Below, piece after piece: positions 44,027-53,077 of a DNA stretch of 57,960 bases; the first letter of the stretch is position 1, and each line of letters starts with the position of its first letter. Below the pieces are notes generated by a model. That model worked only from the letters and a program-made list of their open reading frames with translations. It had not been told where the DNA came from and did no database searches. The stretch comes from Gemmatimonadales bacterium (GTDB taxonomy: Bacteria; Gemmatimonadota; Gemmatimonadetes; Gemmatimonadales; GWC2-71-9), in contig DASPXD010000166.1 of NCBI GenBank assembly GCA_035637435.1, positions 1 to 57,960 of the forward strand, written 5' to 3'. Both the position numbers and the translations under genes were made by a program.

Positions 44027-45129
44027 GGCCGCACGGTCAGCCCCAGCAGGAACGTCCACACACGCTCGCTGAGCCCGTCGCCTTTGCGTTCGAGCCGCTC
44101 GAGGCCGAGATCGAGCCGCCCGCGGCCGCCGGAGAACTGGCGCCCGAGCCCCGCGGAGTATCCGAACTCGGTCGGTGTCTTGCCGACGCCGAAGGCGAGC
44201 TGCCCGCCGCGCACGCCGAAGCGCAACACCGATCCGGCCGGGCCGACCTCCGCTCCAGCGGACCAGTTGAACGTATCGTGCGCGTTCGGCCCTGCCCCGG
44301 CCCACTTCTGCCATGCCACAGACCCCGCGATCCCCGCCTGCGCGCCGGCCCGCCACAGAACGCCGGCGCCGTAGGACATCGGCAGATCATTCTCCGCGAC
44401 CGTGCGCCCGCTGATATCGGCGCGGAGCTTGGAGTCGGAGCGGAACCAGCCGGCGAGCCGCAAGTCGTGCTGCACATCCAGCAGCGCACTGACGGAACCG
44501 CCGGCGCCGCCGTACGCCACTTCGTCCCGCGCGCTCGAGGTGCGGTAGTTCACGGTGTCGGCGAAGCGACGCGTGGCAATGACCCGGGAGGACCCGGTGA
44601 TCAAGTGAAACCCCAGCCCCAGCGCCAGACGACTGAGACGCGTGGCGGCGGCGACCCGCAAATCGCTGACCGCGCCGTCGCTCGTGATCTCATCGGTGAT
44701 CGGCTGGGGGACGCCGCGCAGGTCGATCGTGTCGTGGGTGATCACGCCGAATGTGCGGTCGAGATACGTCGCGAAACCGCCGCCGATCACGATGCGCCGG
44801 GTCAGTGGTCCGGTGATGACGAGCGCGGGAAAGCGGGTGCCGCGCAGGGTCGAGCTGGTGCCGCCGCCGTCGATCGACCGCCACGAGGTGCCGCTCGTGA
44901 CCCCGGCACTCATGCGGCGCACGTCGGCGAGCGATGCCTCGATCAGCGGCGAGAAGGCGTCGAAGGGGGCGAACGCACCACCCGTGCTCCGTGCCCGGAC
45001 GCTCTCCGATTTCCCGGGCGTGCCGAGGCCACGAATCCCGAATTGCGAGTCCTGAGCGGTCAAGCGGTTCGGCCCTTCGGCGGTTAGCAAGATAGCCGCC
45101 AGGACGCCGACTCTAACCGCCGTATTCAT
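44023..45129 (-). CDS. Putative outer-membrane beta-barrel protein, function unknown
   Basis: Signal MNTAVRVGVLAAILLTAEG. Alternating beta-strand-like sequence rich in G/S/T/R/aromatics follows, with the C-terminal strand ...WTFLLGLTVRP. Confidence 0.6.
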   Translation of the reverse strand: MNTAVRVGVLAAILLTAEGPNRLTAQDSQFGIRGLGTPGKSESVRARSTGGAFAPFDAFSPLIEASLADVRRMSAGVTSGTSWRSIDGGGTSSTLRGTRFPALVITGPLTRRIVIGGGFATYLDRTFGVITHDTIDLRGVPQPITDEITSDGAVSDLRVAAATRLSRLALGLGFHLITGSSRVIATRRFADTVNYRTSSARDEVAYGGAGGSVSALLDVQHDLRLAGWFRSDSKLRADISGRTVAENDLPMSYGAGVLWRAGAQAGIAGSVAWQKWAGAGPNAHDTFNWSAGAEVGPAGSVLRFGVRGGQLAFGVGKTPTEFGYSAGLGRQFSGGRGRLDLGLERLERKGDGLSERVWTFLLGLTVRP

Positions 45130-46430
45130 GGTGCACCAAACGGGAAGCGCTTCACGTACGTCACCTGCAGCGCCGGCCGGAGCGCCGGGTTGCGCGACGA
45201 ATAGAACCGGATCTCGGTAAAGGACGCCGCCTCCGGCGACTGATTAAGGAAAAACGCGGTGGGCCGGGTCGTATCGGCGACCCAGGTGCGCACCATGTTG
45301 GTGAGCTCGATGCGCACCGTGTCGGCGAAACCGGTATGGATGACGACGTGCGCCCAGTCCGACGTCGCCGTGCTGAGCGGCGATTTGCCGCCGAGATCGG
45401 TCAGCAGGGGACGCGCCAGGATTCCGAACGAGTCGATCGGCGTTCCCTGCACCGTGTCCACCGGCACGAGGATCGCCGTCGCCCGCACGACATCGATGCT
45501 GTCATGCAGGAATTTCGGTATCGCGACACGCAGCAGGCTGCGCATCGAGGGAATTCCGCCGACCGTAAGATTGGAGTCGAGCGGCGCGGTTGGAGGATTG
45601 AATACGAAGCTGTCAAAACTTGGCGCTCGTGCAGAAGAGTCGTGCGCCACGCTGTCCGGCGCCGGCAACGTATCCGGAACGCTGTAATGATAGAACCACT
45701 TTATGACTGCGCCGTTGGTGACCGATTCATTCGTCCCGATGCCGATGCTCGCCAAAGAATCGGCAGCGACTTCCACGCCGAAGGCAAGCTTCCCCGAATC
45801 TGGTACGCTGAACGGCGCCTGCAGAGTGTCGAGCGAGAAGTAGACGAGCACGGCGGAGTCACTCCGCGCGATCTGCACGATGTGACCCGCGGAGTCGGTA
45901 CGGATCGTGTCGCCCCAGATCCGGATCGTCGCCGTATCACCGATCGCGGGACCGGCGAGAATCGCGGACACATTCACGGTATCCACGGCCGCTGCGCTGA
46001 AATACGGATCGAGACCCGCGAAATCGGACGTGCTGTCGACGGTGAGCGGCAGCTGGAACAGCCGGAGTCGCAGATTCGTCGCGTTCTTGTCGCGCCGCAC
46101 GATCGACAGCCGCAGCCGCGCCGAATCGATCGCGATCGGGACCGTCGTCGTATCCGTCCCTCTGGGCTGCACGCGCGTGATCATCGCTCGCAGCAGGAAG
46201 AACGGGCGGCTCTGCACGCCCGGCAGGTCTGCCGCTGCCGCCGCCGCCGCGTGAAAACCGGCGACGTAGCCGCTGAACGACGAGTCCCGCTCGATGATGT
46301 CGGTGAAAATCGTGTCGTGAATCTCGATCTGTCCGCCCGGACAGAAGTTGGGACAGTCGCCGGGCGCCGTCGGCTCTTCGGTACAGGCCGCCGCCGCAAG
46401 CAGGAACAGCCAGGCAAGTCGCCGTGTCAC
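45126..46430 (-). CDS. Putative lipoprotein, function unknown
   Basis: Lipobox MTRRLAWLFLLAAAAC. No family was recognised. Both ends overlap neighbouring genes by 4 nt. Confidence 0.6.
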   Translation of the reverse strand: MTRRLAWLFLLAAAACTEEPTAPGDCPNFCPGGQIEIHDTIFTDIIERDSSFSGYVAGFHAAAAAAADLPGVQSRPFFLLRAMITRVQPRGTDTTTVPIAIDSARLRLSIVRRDKNATNLRLRLFQLPLTVDSTSDFAGLDPYFSAAAVDTVNVSAILAGPAIGDTATIRIWGDTIRTDSAGHIVQIARSDSAVLVYFSLDTLQAPFSVPDSGKLAFGVEVAADSLASIGIGTNESVTNGAVIKWFYHYSVPDTLPAPDSVAHDSSARAPSFDSFVFNPPTAPLDSNLTVGGIPSMRSLLRVAIPKFLHDSIDVVRATAILVPVDTVQGTPIDSFGILARPLLTDLGGKSPLSTATSDWAHVVIHTGFADTVRIELTNMVRTWVADTTRPTAFFLNQSPEAASFTEIRFYSSRNPALRPALQVTYVKRFPFGAP

Positions 46431-46813
46431 CGGTCCAGCGTCTCCTTCGTGAAGGCATCAGGCAGCAGCGCGGCGAGCGTCCAGCGCCGCTCCGCTGACG
46501 GTCCGACCGCGATCACTTCCAGATCCAGGCCGAACTCCGCCAGCAACTGACGGCAGGCGCCACAGGGTGCCGCCGGAGGATCCACGTCGGTGGTCACGAC
46601 GACGCGCTTCAGCTTGCGCGCCCCGGCCACGACCGCCGCCCCAAGCGCCATTCGCTCGGCACAGATCGTCAGCCCGTACGAGGCGCTTTCGACGTTGCAG
46701 CCGACGTAAATCTTCCCATCCGCCGCCTCGATCGCGGCACCGACGTGAAAGTCGCTGTAGGGCGCCCACGCATGGCGCATCGCTTCGCGCGCTTGCCGCA
46801 CCAGCTCCTTCAT
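46427..46813 (-). CDS. cdd: Cytidine deaminase
   Basis: APYSDFHVGAAIEAADGKIYVGCNVESASYGLTICAERMALGAAV...PCGACRQLLAEF has the zinc ligands C-A-E ... PCGxCRQ. The start is set at ATG 46813 (ATGA overlap). Confidence 0.9.
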   Translation of the reverse strand: MKELVRQAREAMRHAWAPYSDFHVGAAIEAADGKIYVGCNVESASYGLTICAERMALGAAVVAGARKLKRVVVTTDVDPPAAPCGACRQLLAEFGLDLEVIAVGPSAERRWTLAALLPDAFTKETLDR

Positions 46814-47994
46814 GCCGTCACATCGCGCAGAAACGACGTCCCGGCCGCCAGCGCCGGCAGGCCGAAATACTCGGCCACCGTCTGCCCCATGTCGGCGAAC
46901 GTGCGGCGCGTGCCTAGCGGCACCGGATTCACTTTCGGTCCCAGGACGAGCAGCGGCACGACTTCGCGCGAATGATCGGTCGACGGCGTCGTCGGATCGT
47001 TGCCGTGATCCGCGGTGAGCATCACGAGATCGTCCGGCCGCAACCGCGCGAGGAGCCGCGGGATCCACGCATCCAGCTCGTGGAGACCCTCGTGAAACCC
47101 CGGCACGTCATTGCGGTGCCCCCACGTCTGGTCGAATTCGATCACGTTCACGAACACGAATCCCGTGTCGAGCGCTTCGAGCGCCTGTTCGATGCGCCGG
47201 TAGGCGTCGCGATTCGTCGCCGTATGCTCGCTGCTGATATTCCGCCCCGCGAACAGGTCGTCCACCTTGCCGATGCCGATGCGCACGACCCCCGCATCGG
47301 CCATCACATCCAGCAGCGTCGTTCCGGTCGGCGCAATCGAAAAATCCTTGCGATGGGGCGTCCGCCGGTAGTCCCCGGCGCGGCCTGCGAACGGCCGCGC
47401 GATCACACGGCTGACCGCGTGCTCACCCATCAGCATCTCGCGCGCGACTGCGCACGCCCGATACAGCTCCGCCAGCGGCACCGTCGCTTCGTGCGCCGCG
47501 ATCTGAAACACCGAGTCCGCGGAAGTATAGACGATCCACTTGCCGGTCCGTTGATGCTCCGCCCCGAGCTCGTCGATGATCGCGGTCCCGGACGCCGCCT
47601 TGTTGCCGAGCCACCCACGTCCCGTGCGCCGCGCGAAGTCGTCCAGCAGGGAAACAGGAAATCCGCTGGGGTAGGTTCGAAACGCATCCTCCAGCAGCAC
47701 CCCGCAGATTTCCCAATGCCCGGTCGTACTGTCTTTTCCCGCCGACGCCGGCCGCGCGACGCCGTGCGCCGCGGTCGGGCTGACGCTGGAGCTGAATCCC
47801 GCGATCCCGGATCCTTCCCGGCACTTTCCCAGCCCCAGCTGCTCGAGATTGGGAAGCTTCAGACCGCCAACTGCACGAGCCACGTTTCCCAGCGTGTCCG
47901 ATCCGGCATCGCCGTACGCGGCCGTATCCGGCGCAGGCCCGCTGCCCAGCCCATCCAGCACGATGATTGCTGCTCGGCCAGTCCCGTATTTCAC
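46810..47994 (-). CDS. deoB: Phosphopentomutase
   Basis: RAAIIVLDGLGSGPAPD...GKDSTTGHWE...FVNVIEFDQTWGHRND...LTADHGNDPT. The start is set at GTG 47994 (GTGA overlap with the alr stop). Confidence 0.9.
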   Translation of the reverse strand: MKYGTGRAAIIVLDGLGSGPAPDTAAYGDAGSDTLGNVARAVGGLKLPNLEQLGLGKCREGSGIAGFSSSVSPTAAHGVARPASAGKDSTTGHWEICGVLLEDAFRTYPSGFPVSLLDDFARRTGRGWLGNKAASGTAIIDELGAEHQRTGKWIVYTSADSVFQIAAHEATVPLAELYRACAVAREMLMGEHAVSRVIARPFAGRAGDYRRTPHRKDFSIAPTGTTLLDVMADAGVVRIGIGKVDDLFAGRNISSEHTATNRDAYRRIEQALEALDTGFVFVNVIEFDQTWGHRNDVPGFHEGLHELDAWIPRLLARLRPDDLVMLTADHGNDPTTPSTDHSREVVPLLVLGPKVNPVPLGTRRTFADMGQTVAEYFGLPALAAGTSFLRDVTA

Positions 47995-49067
47995 AGCGGG
48001 AGCCGTGGCAGCCGCGCGCCGAGTCCCGTCAGAAATTCGTGCGGCACTTCGCCGCTCCAGCCCGCGAACTCTTCCAGCGTGATGCGCTGCTTCGCTTCTT
48101 CGCCGACAAACGTGGCGACGTCGCCCACCTGCACCTCGAGCGGTCCCGTCTCGACGAGCGTCATGTCCATCTGCACCACGCCGACGATCGGACAACGCTT
48201 GCCGCGCAACAGCACCTGACCTTTGCCCTCGACCCCCGCGTCACGCCGAATGCCGTCGCCGTAGCCGATGCGCAGCGTCGCGACCACGGTATCACGGGCA
48301 GCGACCCAGCTCGCGTTGTAGCTGACGCTTTCGCCGCTGCGGATCCGCCGGACGCTGACCACCCGCGCCCGCACGCTGACGACCGGACGCGGCGCCGGCA
48401 GGCCCGCGGCGGCGACGCCGCCGTAGAGGAATATCCCCGGCCGCACCAGGTCGAACGCGAACTGCTTGCCGCGCAGTGCGGCCGCACTGTTCGCGACGTG
48501 CAACATGGCCGGCGGGCGTGGCAACCGGCCGACGGCAGTCAGGAATCGCTCCAGCTGCCGCTCGGCCGAGCCGTCGCTGCGCTCGGCGGAGTGGAAGTGG
48601 GTATAGCACCCCTGGAACGAGAGCGTGTCGACGGCCTCGCCCAGTTCATCCACCTCGTCCCAGCGCACCCCGGCGCGGCCCATTCCCGTATCGATCTCGA
48701 CGTGGAAGGCCCGGTCGCTGCGCGTGGTCCACTCGAGCACGCTGCCCCCGTCGCCGAGCGCCGGCGTCAACTGATGACGCTCGTACTCGTCGAACCGCTT
48801 CGCGCGTGCGGGCATGAAGACGAGAATCGGCCGCGTGATGCCGGCCGCACGCAGCTCGACACCCTCTTCGATCGTCGCCACGCCGTAGCCCCAGGGATCG
48901 AGCTGCTCGAGGGCCTTACATACCAGGGCGGCTCCGACCCCGTACGCGTTGGCCTTGACGACAGGGAGGAGCCGTGTGCCTGCTATCTTTGCTACCGTTC
49001 GGGCGTTGTCGACGAGGGCTTCCACGTCCACTTCCACCCAGGCCTCGCCGCTCGTTGACACGCTCAC
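47991..49067 (-). CDS. alr: Alanine racemase
   Basis: AWVEVDVEALVDNARTV...LLPVVKANAYGVGA has the PLP lysine motif VVKANAYG. The start is uncertain: GTG 49067, GTG 49061 or ATG 49106. ATG 49106 would overlap the divergent mazG start. Confidence 0.88.
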   Translation of the reverse strand: MSVSTSGEAWVEVDVEALVDNARTVAKIAGTRLLPVVKANAYGVGAALVCKALEQLDPWGYGVATIEEGVELRAAGITRPILVFMPARAKRFDEYERHQLTPALGDGGSVLEWTTRSDRAFHVEIDTGMGRAGVRWDEVDELGEAVDTLSFQGCYTHFHSAERSDGSAERQLERFLTAVGRLPRPPAMLHVANSAAALRGKQFAFDLVRPGIFLYGGVAAAGLPAPRPVVSVRARVVSVRRIRSGESVSYNASWVAARDTVVATLRIGYGDGIRRDAGVEGKGQVLLRGKRCPIVGVVQMDMTLVETGPLEVQVGDVATFVGEEAKQRITLEEFAGWSGEVPHEFLTGLGARLPRLPL

Positions 49068-49100
49068 AGGCGCGCGTATGATACCCGGCCCGGAGGCTAA

Positions 49101-49871
49101 ATGCAAGGCGATTCAGCGCTTGGACGTGCTCTGGGACTCGTGCGCGAACTGCGGCAACGTTGCCCGTGGGACCGCGCGCAGAGCCCGCAAACGCTCCGTC
49201 CCTATCTGGTCGAAGAAGCGCTCGAGCTCGATCACGCGATCCAAACCGACGATCCCGAGGCGATGCGCGACGAGCTGGGCGACCTGCTGCTGCATCTCGC
49301 GTTTCAGATCGTCATCGGCGAAGAGCGCTCGCAGTTCAACGCCGAAGTCGTCACGCGGACGCTGGAAGAAAAGATGTGGCGCCGGCATCCGAATCTCTTC
49401 GGCGACGGGCGCATCAGCACGAGTGATCATGCGGGGTGGGAGCTCGTCAAGCGGCGTGAGCCACGCAGCGGCGGGAAGCGCGGTACACTGGTGGGACTGC
49501 CCCCGACGCTTCCGCCCCTGGTCATGGCCTATCGGCTGCAGGAGCGAGCCGCCGGCATCGGATTCGATTGGCCGGATGCGAACGGTCCGATGGCGAAGGT
49601 GAAAGAGGAAGTCGCTGAGCTCGAAAAGGAACAAGGAACGGGGCGGCGGGAGCAGGTTGAGGAAGAGCTGGGCGATCTGCTATTTGCGGCTGTGAACCTT
49701 GCCCGCAAACTTGGCATCGAAGCCGGTCAGGCGCTCGAGCGTGCCAATCTCAAGTTCATGCAGCGATTCGAGAAGCTGGAGAAGCTCGCCGAAGAACGCG
49801 GATTGGAAATGGGACGGGCCAGTCTCGAGGAGCTGGATGGATTGTGGAACGAGGTCAAGAAGGCGCGCTAA
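49101..49871 (+). CDS. mazG: Nucleoside triphosphate pyrophosphohydrolase MazG
   Basis: LVRELRQRCPWDRAQSPQTLRPYLVEEALELDHAI...ELGDLLLHLAF, with a second MazG repeat ...EEELGDLLFAAVNLAR. It is the only convincing plus-strand gene. Confidence 0.9.
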   Translation: MQGDSALGRALGLVRELRQRCPWDRAQSPQTLRPYLVEEALELDHAIQTDDPEAMRDELGDLLLHLAFQIVIGEERSQFNAEVVTRTLEEKMWRRHPNLFGDGRISTSDHAGWELVKRREPRSGGKRGTLVGLPPTLPPLVMAYRLQERAAGIGFDWPDANGPMAKVKEEVAELEKEQGTGRREQVEEELGDLLFAAVNLARKLGIEAGQALERANLKFMQRFEKLEKLAEERGLEMGRASLEELDGLWNEVKKAR

Positions 49872-50335
49872 TTCGCTTTCAGCACGGCCTCGATGAAGCT
49901 CAGAGTCTTGGTTTCGACCCAGGATGCGGACACGGCGGTAATGCCGATCGTGCCGAGACGGTCTCCCGTGGCGGTGGGCGGCCGGCCTTTCCAGGGGGCG
50001 TGCTTGACCTCGCGCTGTACGACGATGCCGTGGCGGGGGTCGTAGCGAAAGATGAGGGCGGAGGCGAGCCCGGCTCGCGGCGTGAAGGAGAGGGCCACGC
50101 TGGGGTACGCGTCGTCTCGCTCGATGTGCTCCCGCACCGACGCATCATGCCCGGCGTCCTTGAGCTCGGCCATGATCGCGTCGAGGACGGGACGTACGAG
50201 CGAATGCAGCCGCTCCCCGCACATCCGCCGATCCGCCTGATCCTGCGGCGTTTTGTCCGCCGGCTCCACCCTTGCCGCTCGCTCGGCGTAGGCCCGCAGC
50301 AGCGCCTGCAGCCTGGCCTTGTATTCCTCAGTCAC
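49868..50335 (-). CDS. Hypothetical protein
   Basis: The ORF has a coding-like composition but no family was recognised. The start is trimmed to GTG 50335, preceded by AAGGAAGGGG. Its stop overlaps the mazG stop (convergent). Confidence 0.5.
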   Translation of the reverse strand: MTEEYKARLQALLRAYAERAARVEPADKTPQDQADRRMCGERLHSLVRPVLDAIMAELKDAGHDASVREHIERDDAYPSVALSFTPRAGLASALIFRYDPRHGIVVQREVKHAPWKGRPPTATGDRLGTIGITAVSASWVETKTLSFIEAVLKAN

Positions 50336-50433
50336 GGTCCCGTTTCCCCTTCCTTTTCGTAGCCGCCACCGCGATCGCTCTCTCAGTTGATCAACGATAA
50401 ATATGCGGAAGCTCGAACTGAAAGGCATACAGA

Positions 50434-50958
50434 TCAGCGACCGTCCGTCCGAACCGCGGCATAGACATACTGGTCACGAACCTGCCCGGCCTTGATTGCG
50501 CTCGAGCGCAGCACTCCTTCCTGCACGTACCCGGCCTTCTCGAGAACTCGGACCGAAGCGGCGTTATCGGTAAACGGCAATGCAAAGACGCGCAGCAGAT
50601 CGAGAGAGGAAAAGGCGTAGTGCGTTGCGGCGCGCACCGCAGCCGTCATGATGCCCCGGCCCCAGTACGTACGCCCGAGCCAGTACCCAATCTCGGCCCC
50701 GCAACGCTCGATGTCCTCTCCCCGGCGCAGGCCGATCCCACCGACGGGCTCATCCGCGACCACAATCGCGAAGTTGGTAGGCGGCGTCTGAGCAGCCACG
50801 GAGCGGATGTACGCAGCAGCGTCAGCCGCACGATAGGGGTGAGGAAAGCGATCCCGCAGGTTGAGCCAGACATCGCGGTCGTTGGCGTGTCGCGTGATGA
50901 GCGCCGCATCCGACGCGCGCCACGGGCGCAACAGGCAGACTCCGCACTGGAGCTCCAT
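50434..50958 (-). CDS. GNAT-family N-acetyltransferase (RimJ/RimL-like)
   Basis: LRPWRASDAAALITRHAND...FAIVVADEPVGGIGL...IGYWLGRTYWGRGIMTAAV...ALPFTDNAASVRVLEKAGY. Confidence 0.82.
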   Translation of the reverse strand: MELQCGVCLLRPWRASDAALITRHANDRDVWLNLRDRFPHPYRAADAAAYIRSVAAQTPPTNFAIVVADEPVGGIGLRRGEDIERCGAEIGYWLGRTYWGRGIMTAAVRAATHYAFSSLDLLRVFALPFTDNAASVRVLEKAGYVQEGVLRSSAIKAGQVRDQYVYAAVRTDGR

Positions 50959-50967
50959 GGCGTCAGA

Positions 50968-51996
50968 TCAGTGTCGCAACTGCGCGAGGGCGTCGGCGAT
51001 GGCGACCAGCTTGTGATCGTTGACGGCCTCCACCACCCTGTACCAGTCGTGATCGACCGTCGTCGGGTACATGGCGCCGAGGATCGCGCCGGCAATCGAG
51101 GCTACGGAATCACTGTCTCCACCAATGTTCGCGGCCAGGAGAATCGCTTCTTGCGCCGACTGCATGAGCGTACCAAGTCCCAGAGCCAACGGCACGATCG
51201 TCAATGGCTGGTTCGGAAAGCAAAGCGCGGCTATCTCCGCGGCTCGAAGTGCGGGCAGGCGCCGCAGATTCTGATGCACGGTGCGGACCGCGTCCCCGAA
51301 CGCGGCGGCGGTAGGACCGCGCCACCGACGCTCGGCAGCGGCCGCAGCACGCTCGGCAAACTCCAGAACCTCGTGTGGAGAAGCCTCATCAATCGCAGCC
51401 GAGACGGCAGCGGCCGTGGCAGCCGCGGCCGCGACGGCGAGCGACCCGCCATGCGTCGAAACCGACGCTTCACGAGCGCCGTTCAGCAGGTCCTCCGCGC
51501 GGCGCGACGTATAGAAGATGCCCACCGGCGCCACACGAATTGCGGCGCCGCAGCCGTCATGGTTCGTTGCAATCCGCGCGGGATCGGCGGCCTGGTGAAA
51601 TTCCCAGAGGGATTTGAGACCCGGATGCACACACTTCGTACAGCGGAGCAGCTCACGACCGACGCTCACGTGCGATACGCTGCGATCGGTCACGATGGCA
51701 CGCGCGACGGCAATGGTGCGTTCGGTGTCGTCCGTCGTTTCACCGATCCGCCATTCGTGCTTCGCGTTCCCCGCGTACCGGGGGATGACCGACCCGGGAG
51801 TGCCTTCGAAACCGCGGAGGCCGTGGGGATACCAGTGCAGCACATCCTCATGCGACAGCATCTCGGTTTGCTTGCCGATGGCGTCGCCGGTAGCGATGCC
51901 CGCGAGGCAGCCGAGGATACGATCAGCTAGAGTCACCCTCCCCGGGATGTTCGTCCTAGTTGTGGACGTCAAAGTGAAACACAACTCGCTTGACAT
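50968..51996 (-). CDS. ADP-ribosylglycohydrolase family protein
   Basis: DRILGCLAGIATGDAIGKQTE...ETTDDTERT...NIGGDSDSVASIAGAILGAMY matches the ARH/DraG family motifs. The start is uncertain (ATG 51996 or GTG 51936). Confidence 0.8.
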   Translation of the reverse strand: MSSELCFTLTSTTRTNIPGRVTLADRILGCLAGIATGDAIGKQTEMLSHEDVLHWYPHGLRGFEGTPGSVIPRYAGNAKHEWRIGETTDDTERTIAVARAIVTDRSVSHVSVGRELLRCTKCVHPGLKSLWEFHQAADPARIATNHDGCGAAIRVAPVGIFYTSRRAEDLLNGAREASVSTHGGSLAVAAAAATAAAVSAAIDEASPHEVLEFAERAAAAAERRWRGPTAAAFGDAVRTVHQNLRRLPALRAAEIAALCFPNQPLTIVPLALGLGTLMQSAQEAILLAANIGGDSDSVASIAGAILGAMYPTTVDHDWYRVVEAVNDHKLVAIADALAQLRH

Positions 51997-52330
51997 TCCT
52001 TGGCGGACTCGAACCGTCAGAGCCGGTCATGATTTCAATCTCCGCGTAATCCAACCCGACGAATCCGGCGGTCGGTTGGTAAACGAACGTCGCGACCCAG
52101 TTGGTCTCCGCATTGCGGCGGATCTCACTAATGGTGTAATGCTTCGGCTGGATTGAAATCCTTGCGCTCTCTTCATCCCCGCCCACGATTGGATATTGGT
52201 ACGCTTGCGCGTTCGTCAACGAGACGCTGACGGTGTCGACCGAGCCTGGCTCCTTACAGCCTTGAATCTGGAAGACGACAGGTAGCAGACCGACGAGTGC
52301 GACTCGGATAAGGAAACGTATGCCTTTCAT
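51956..52330 (-). CDS. Small lipoprotein, function unknown
   Basis: MKGIRFLIRVALVGLLPVVFQIQGC is a lipobox. The start is trimmed to ATG 52330. Confidence 0.55.
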   Translation of the reverse strand: MKGIRFLIRVALVGLLPVVFQIQGCKEPGSVDTVSVSLTNAQAYQYPIVGGDEESARISIQPKHYTISEIRRNAETNWVATFVYQPTAGFVGLDYAEIEIMTGSDGSSPPRNVKRVVFHFDVHN

Positions 52331-52370
52331 GTGACGCCCGTTCGCTAAGAAAAAGTAGTCATTTACGGCA

Positions 52371-52736
52371 TCAGGAAGGTGGTCGGTTCGCGTGCCCGGA
52401 TTTACGAAATTGCCCGCCAACGAGGGCGCCCGCAGTGAAGCCCACAGCCCCTATCAAAGCGCCGCCCGCTATCGTGGCACCAATGGGATTAGGGGACTCC
52501 GACATGCCCTCAAACCACATCGCGCCCGCTATTCCTAGGCCGATCCCACCAATCACGCCACCCTCGAGCCAGTATGTGCGGGGGATCGCTGCGGCGGTCA
52601 AAAGGCTGTTGACGGGCACGGCAACGGACGGTGGCGGAAATGCAGCGGCTGCGTACGCCGGCACGGGCGCGAGTCTCTGGCTGGCCAGTGAGGACGGAAG
52701 CAGCAACGCTGCAGAAGCCAGAAGTATTCTGTACAT
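52371..52736 (-). CDS. Secreted glycine-zipper protein, function unknown
   Basis: Signal MYRILLASAALLLPSSLASQ, then GGVIGGIGLGIAGAMW and GGALIGAVGFTAGALVGG. An AGGAGG RBS lies upstream. Confidence 0.6.
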   Translation of the reverse strand: MYRILLASAALLLPSSLASQRLAPVPAYAAAAFPPPSVAVPVNSLLTAAAIPRTYWLEGGVIGGIGLGIAGAMWFEGMSESPNPIGATIAGGALIGAVGFTAGALVGGQFRKSGHANRPPS

Positions 52737-52744
52737 GTTCGCCT

Positions 52745-52771
52745 CCTAACGTTTGCGCCTAGACAGCGCGC
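52745..52771 (-). repeat. attC-like 3' half-site downstream of the DUF2007 ORF
   Basis: Gene sense: GCGCGCTGTCTAGGCGCAAACGTTAGGA. This is homologous to the 3' arm at 53078-53105 (GCCGCAGCCTAGGCGCACCTCGTTAGAC). No convincing RYYYAAC partner was found. Confidence 0.3.
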
Positions 52772-53071
52772 TCAACCAATTAACAAGTTGCCACAAAGCA
52801 CCAGAAGCAACGCTACCAGCGCCAAGAGTACGAGGTTCCAGATCCGTCGAGCTGAAGGCTGAACGACCGACGCCGCGGCCGTGGGCACGAGATCGCGTAC
52901 GATCTCTCGAGCCCGCGCAAAGTCTGCGCTAGAAACGAGAACTCTAACGGGAACGAACGGGAGTGCGGCGCCGGACTCGTCATTGAGGACGATATCGATG
53001 CCCTCGGCGGCCAACGCAAGCCGAACACTTTCGATCAGCACGCGATCTGTACTCTGCAGAACGACATTCAT
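52772..53071 (-). CDS. DUF2007-like (putative signal-transducing) domain protein with C-terminal TM
   Basis: MNVVLQSTDRVLIESVRLALAAEGIDIVLNDES...VLVSSADFARAREIV, then the TM IWNLVLLALVALLLVLCGNLLIG. Confidence 0.65.
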   Translation of the reverse strand: MNVVLQSTDRVLIESVRLALAAEGIDIVLNDESGAALPFVPVRVLVSSADFARAREIVRDLVPTAAASVVQPSARRIWNLVLLALVALLLVLCGNLLIG

Positions 53072-53077
53072 CGCGCT

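Noticed and set aside
49061-49106. Divergent alr/mazG starts overlapping (alr ATG 49106 versus mazG ATG 49101), considered as a shared bidirectional regulatory oddity.
   Set aside because: It is more simply explained by alr starting at GTG 49067 or 49061, which fits the usual distance to the conserved AWVEVD motif. Sequence alone cannot resolve the choice.
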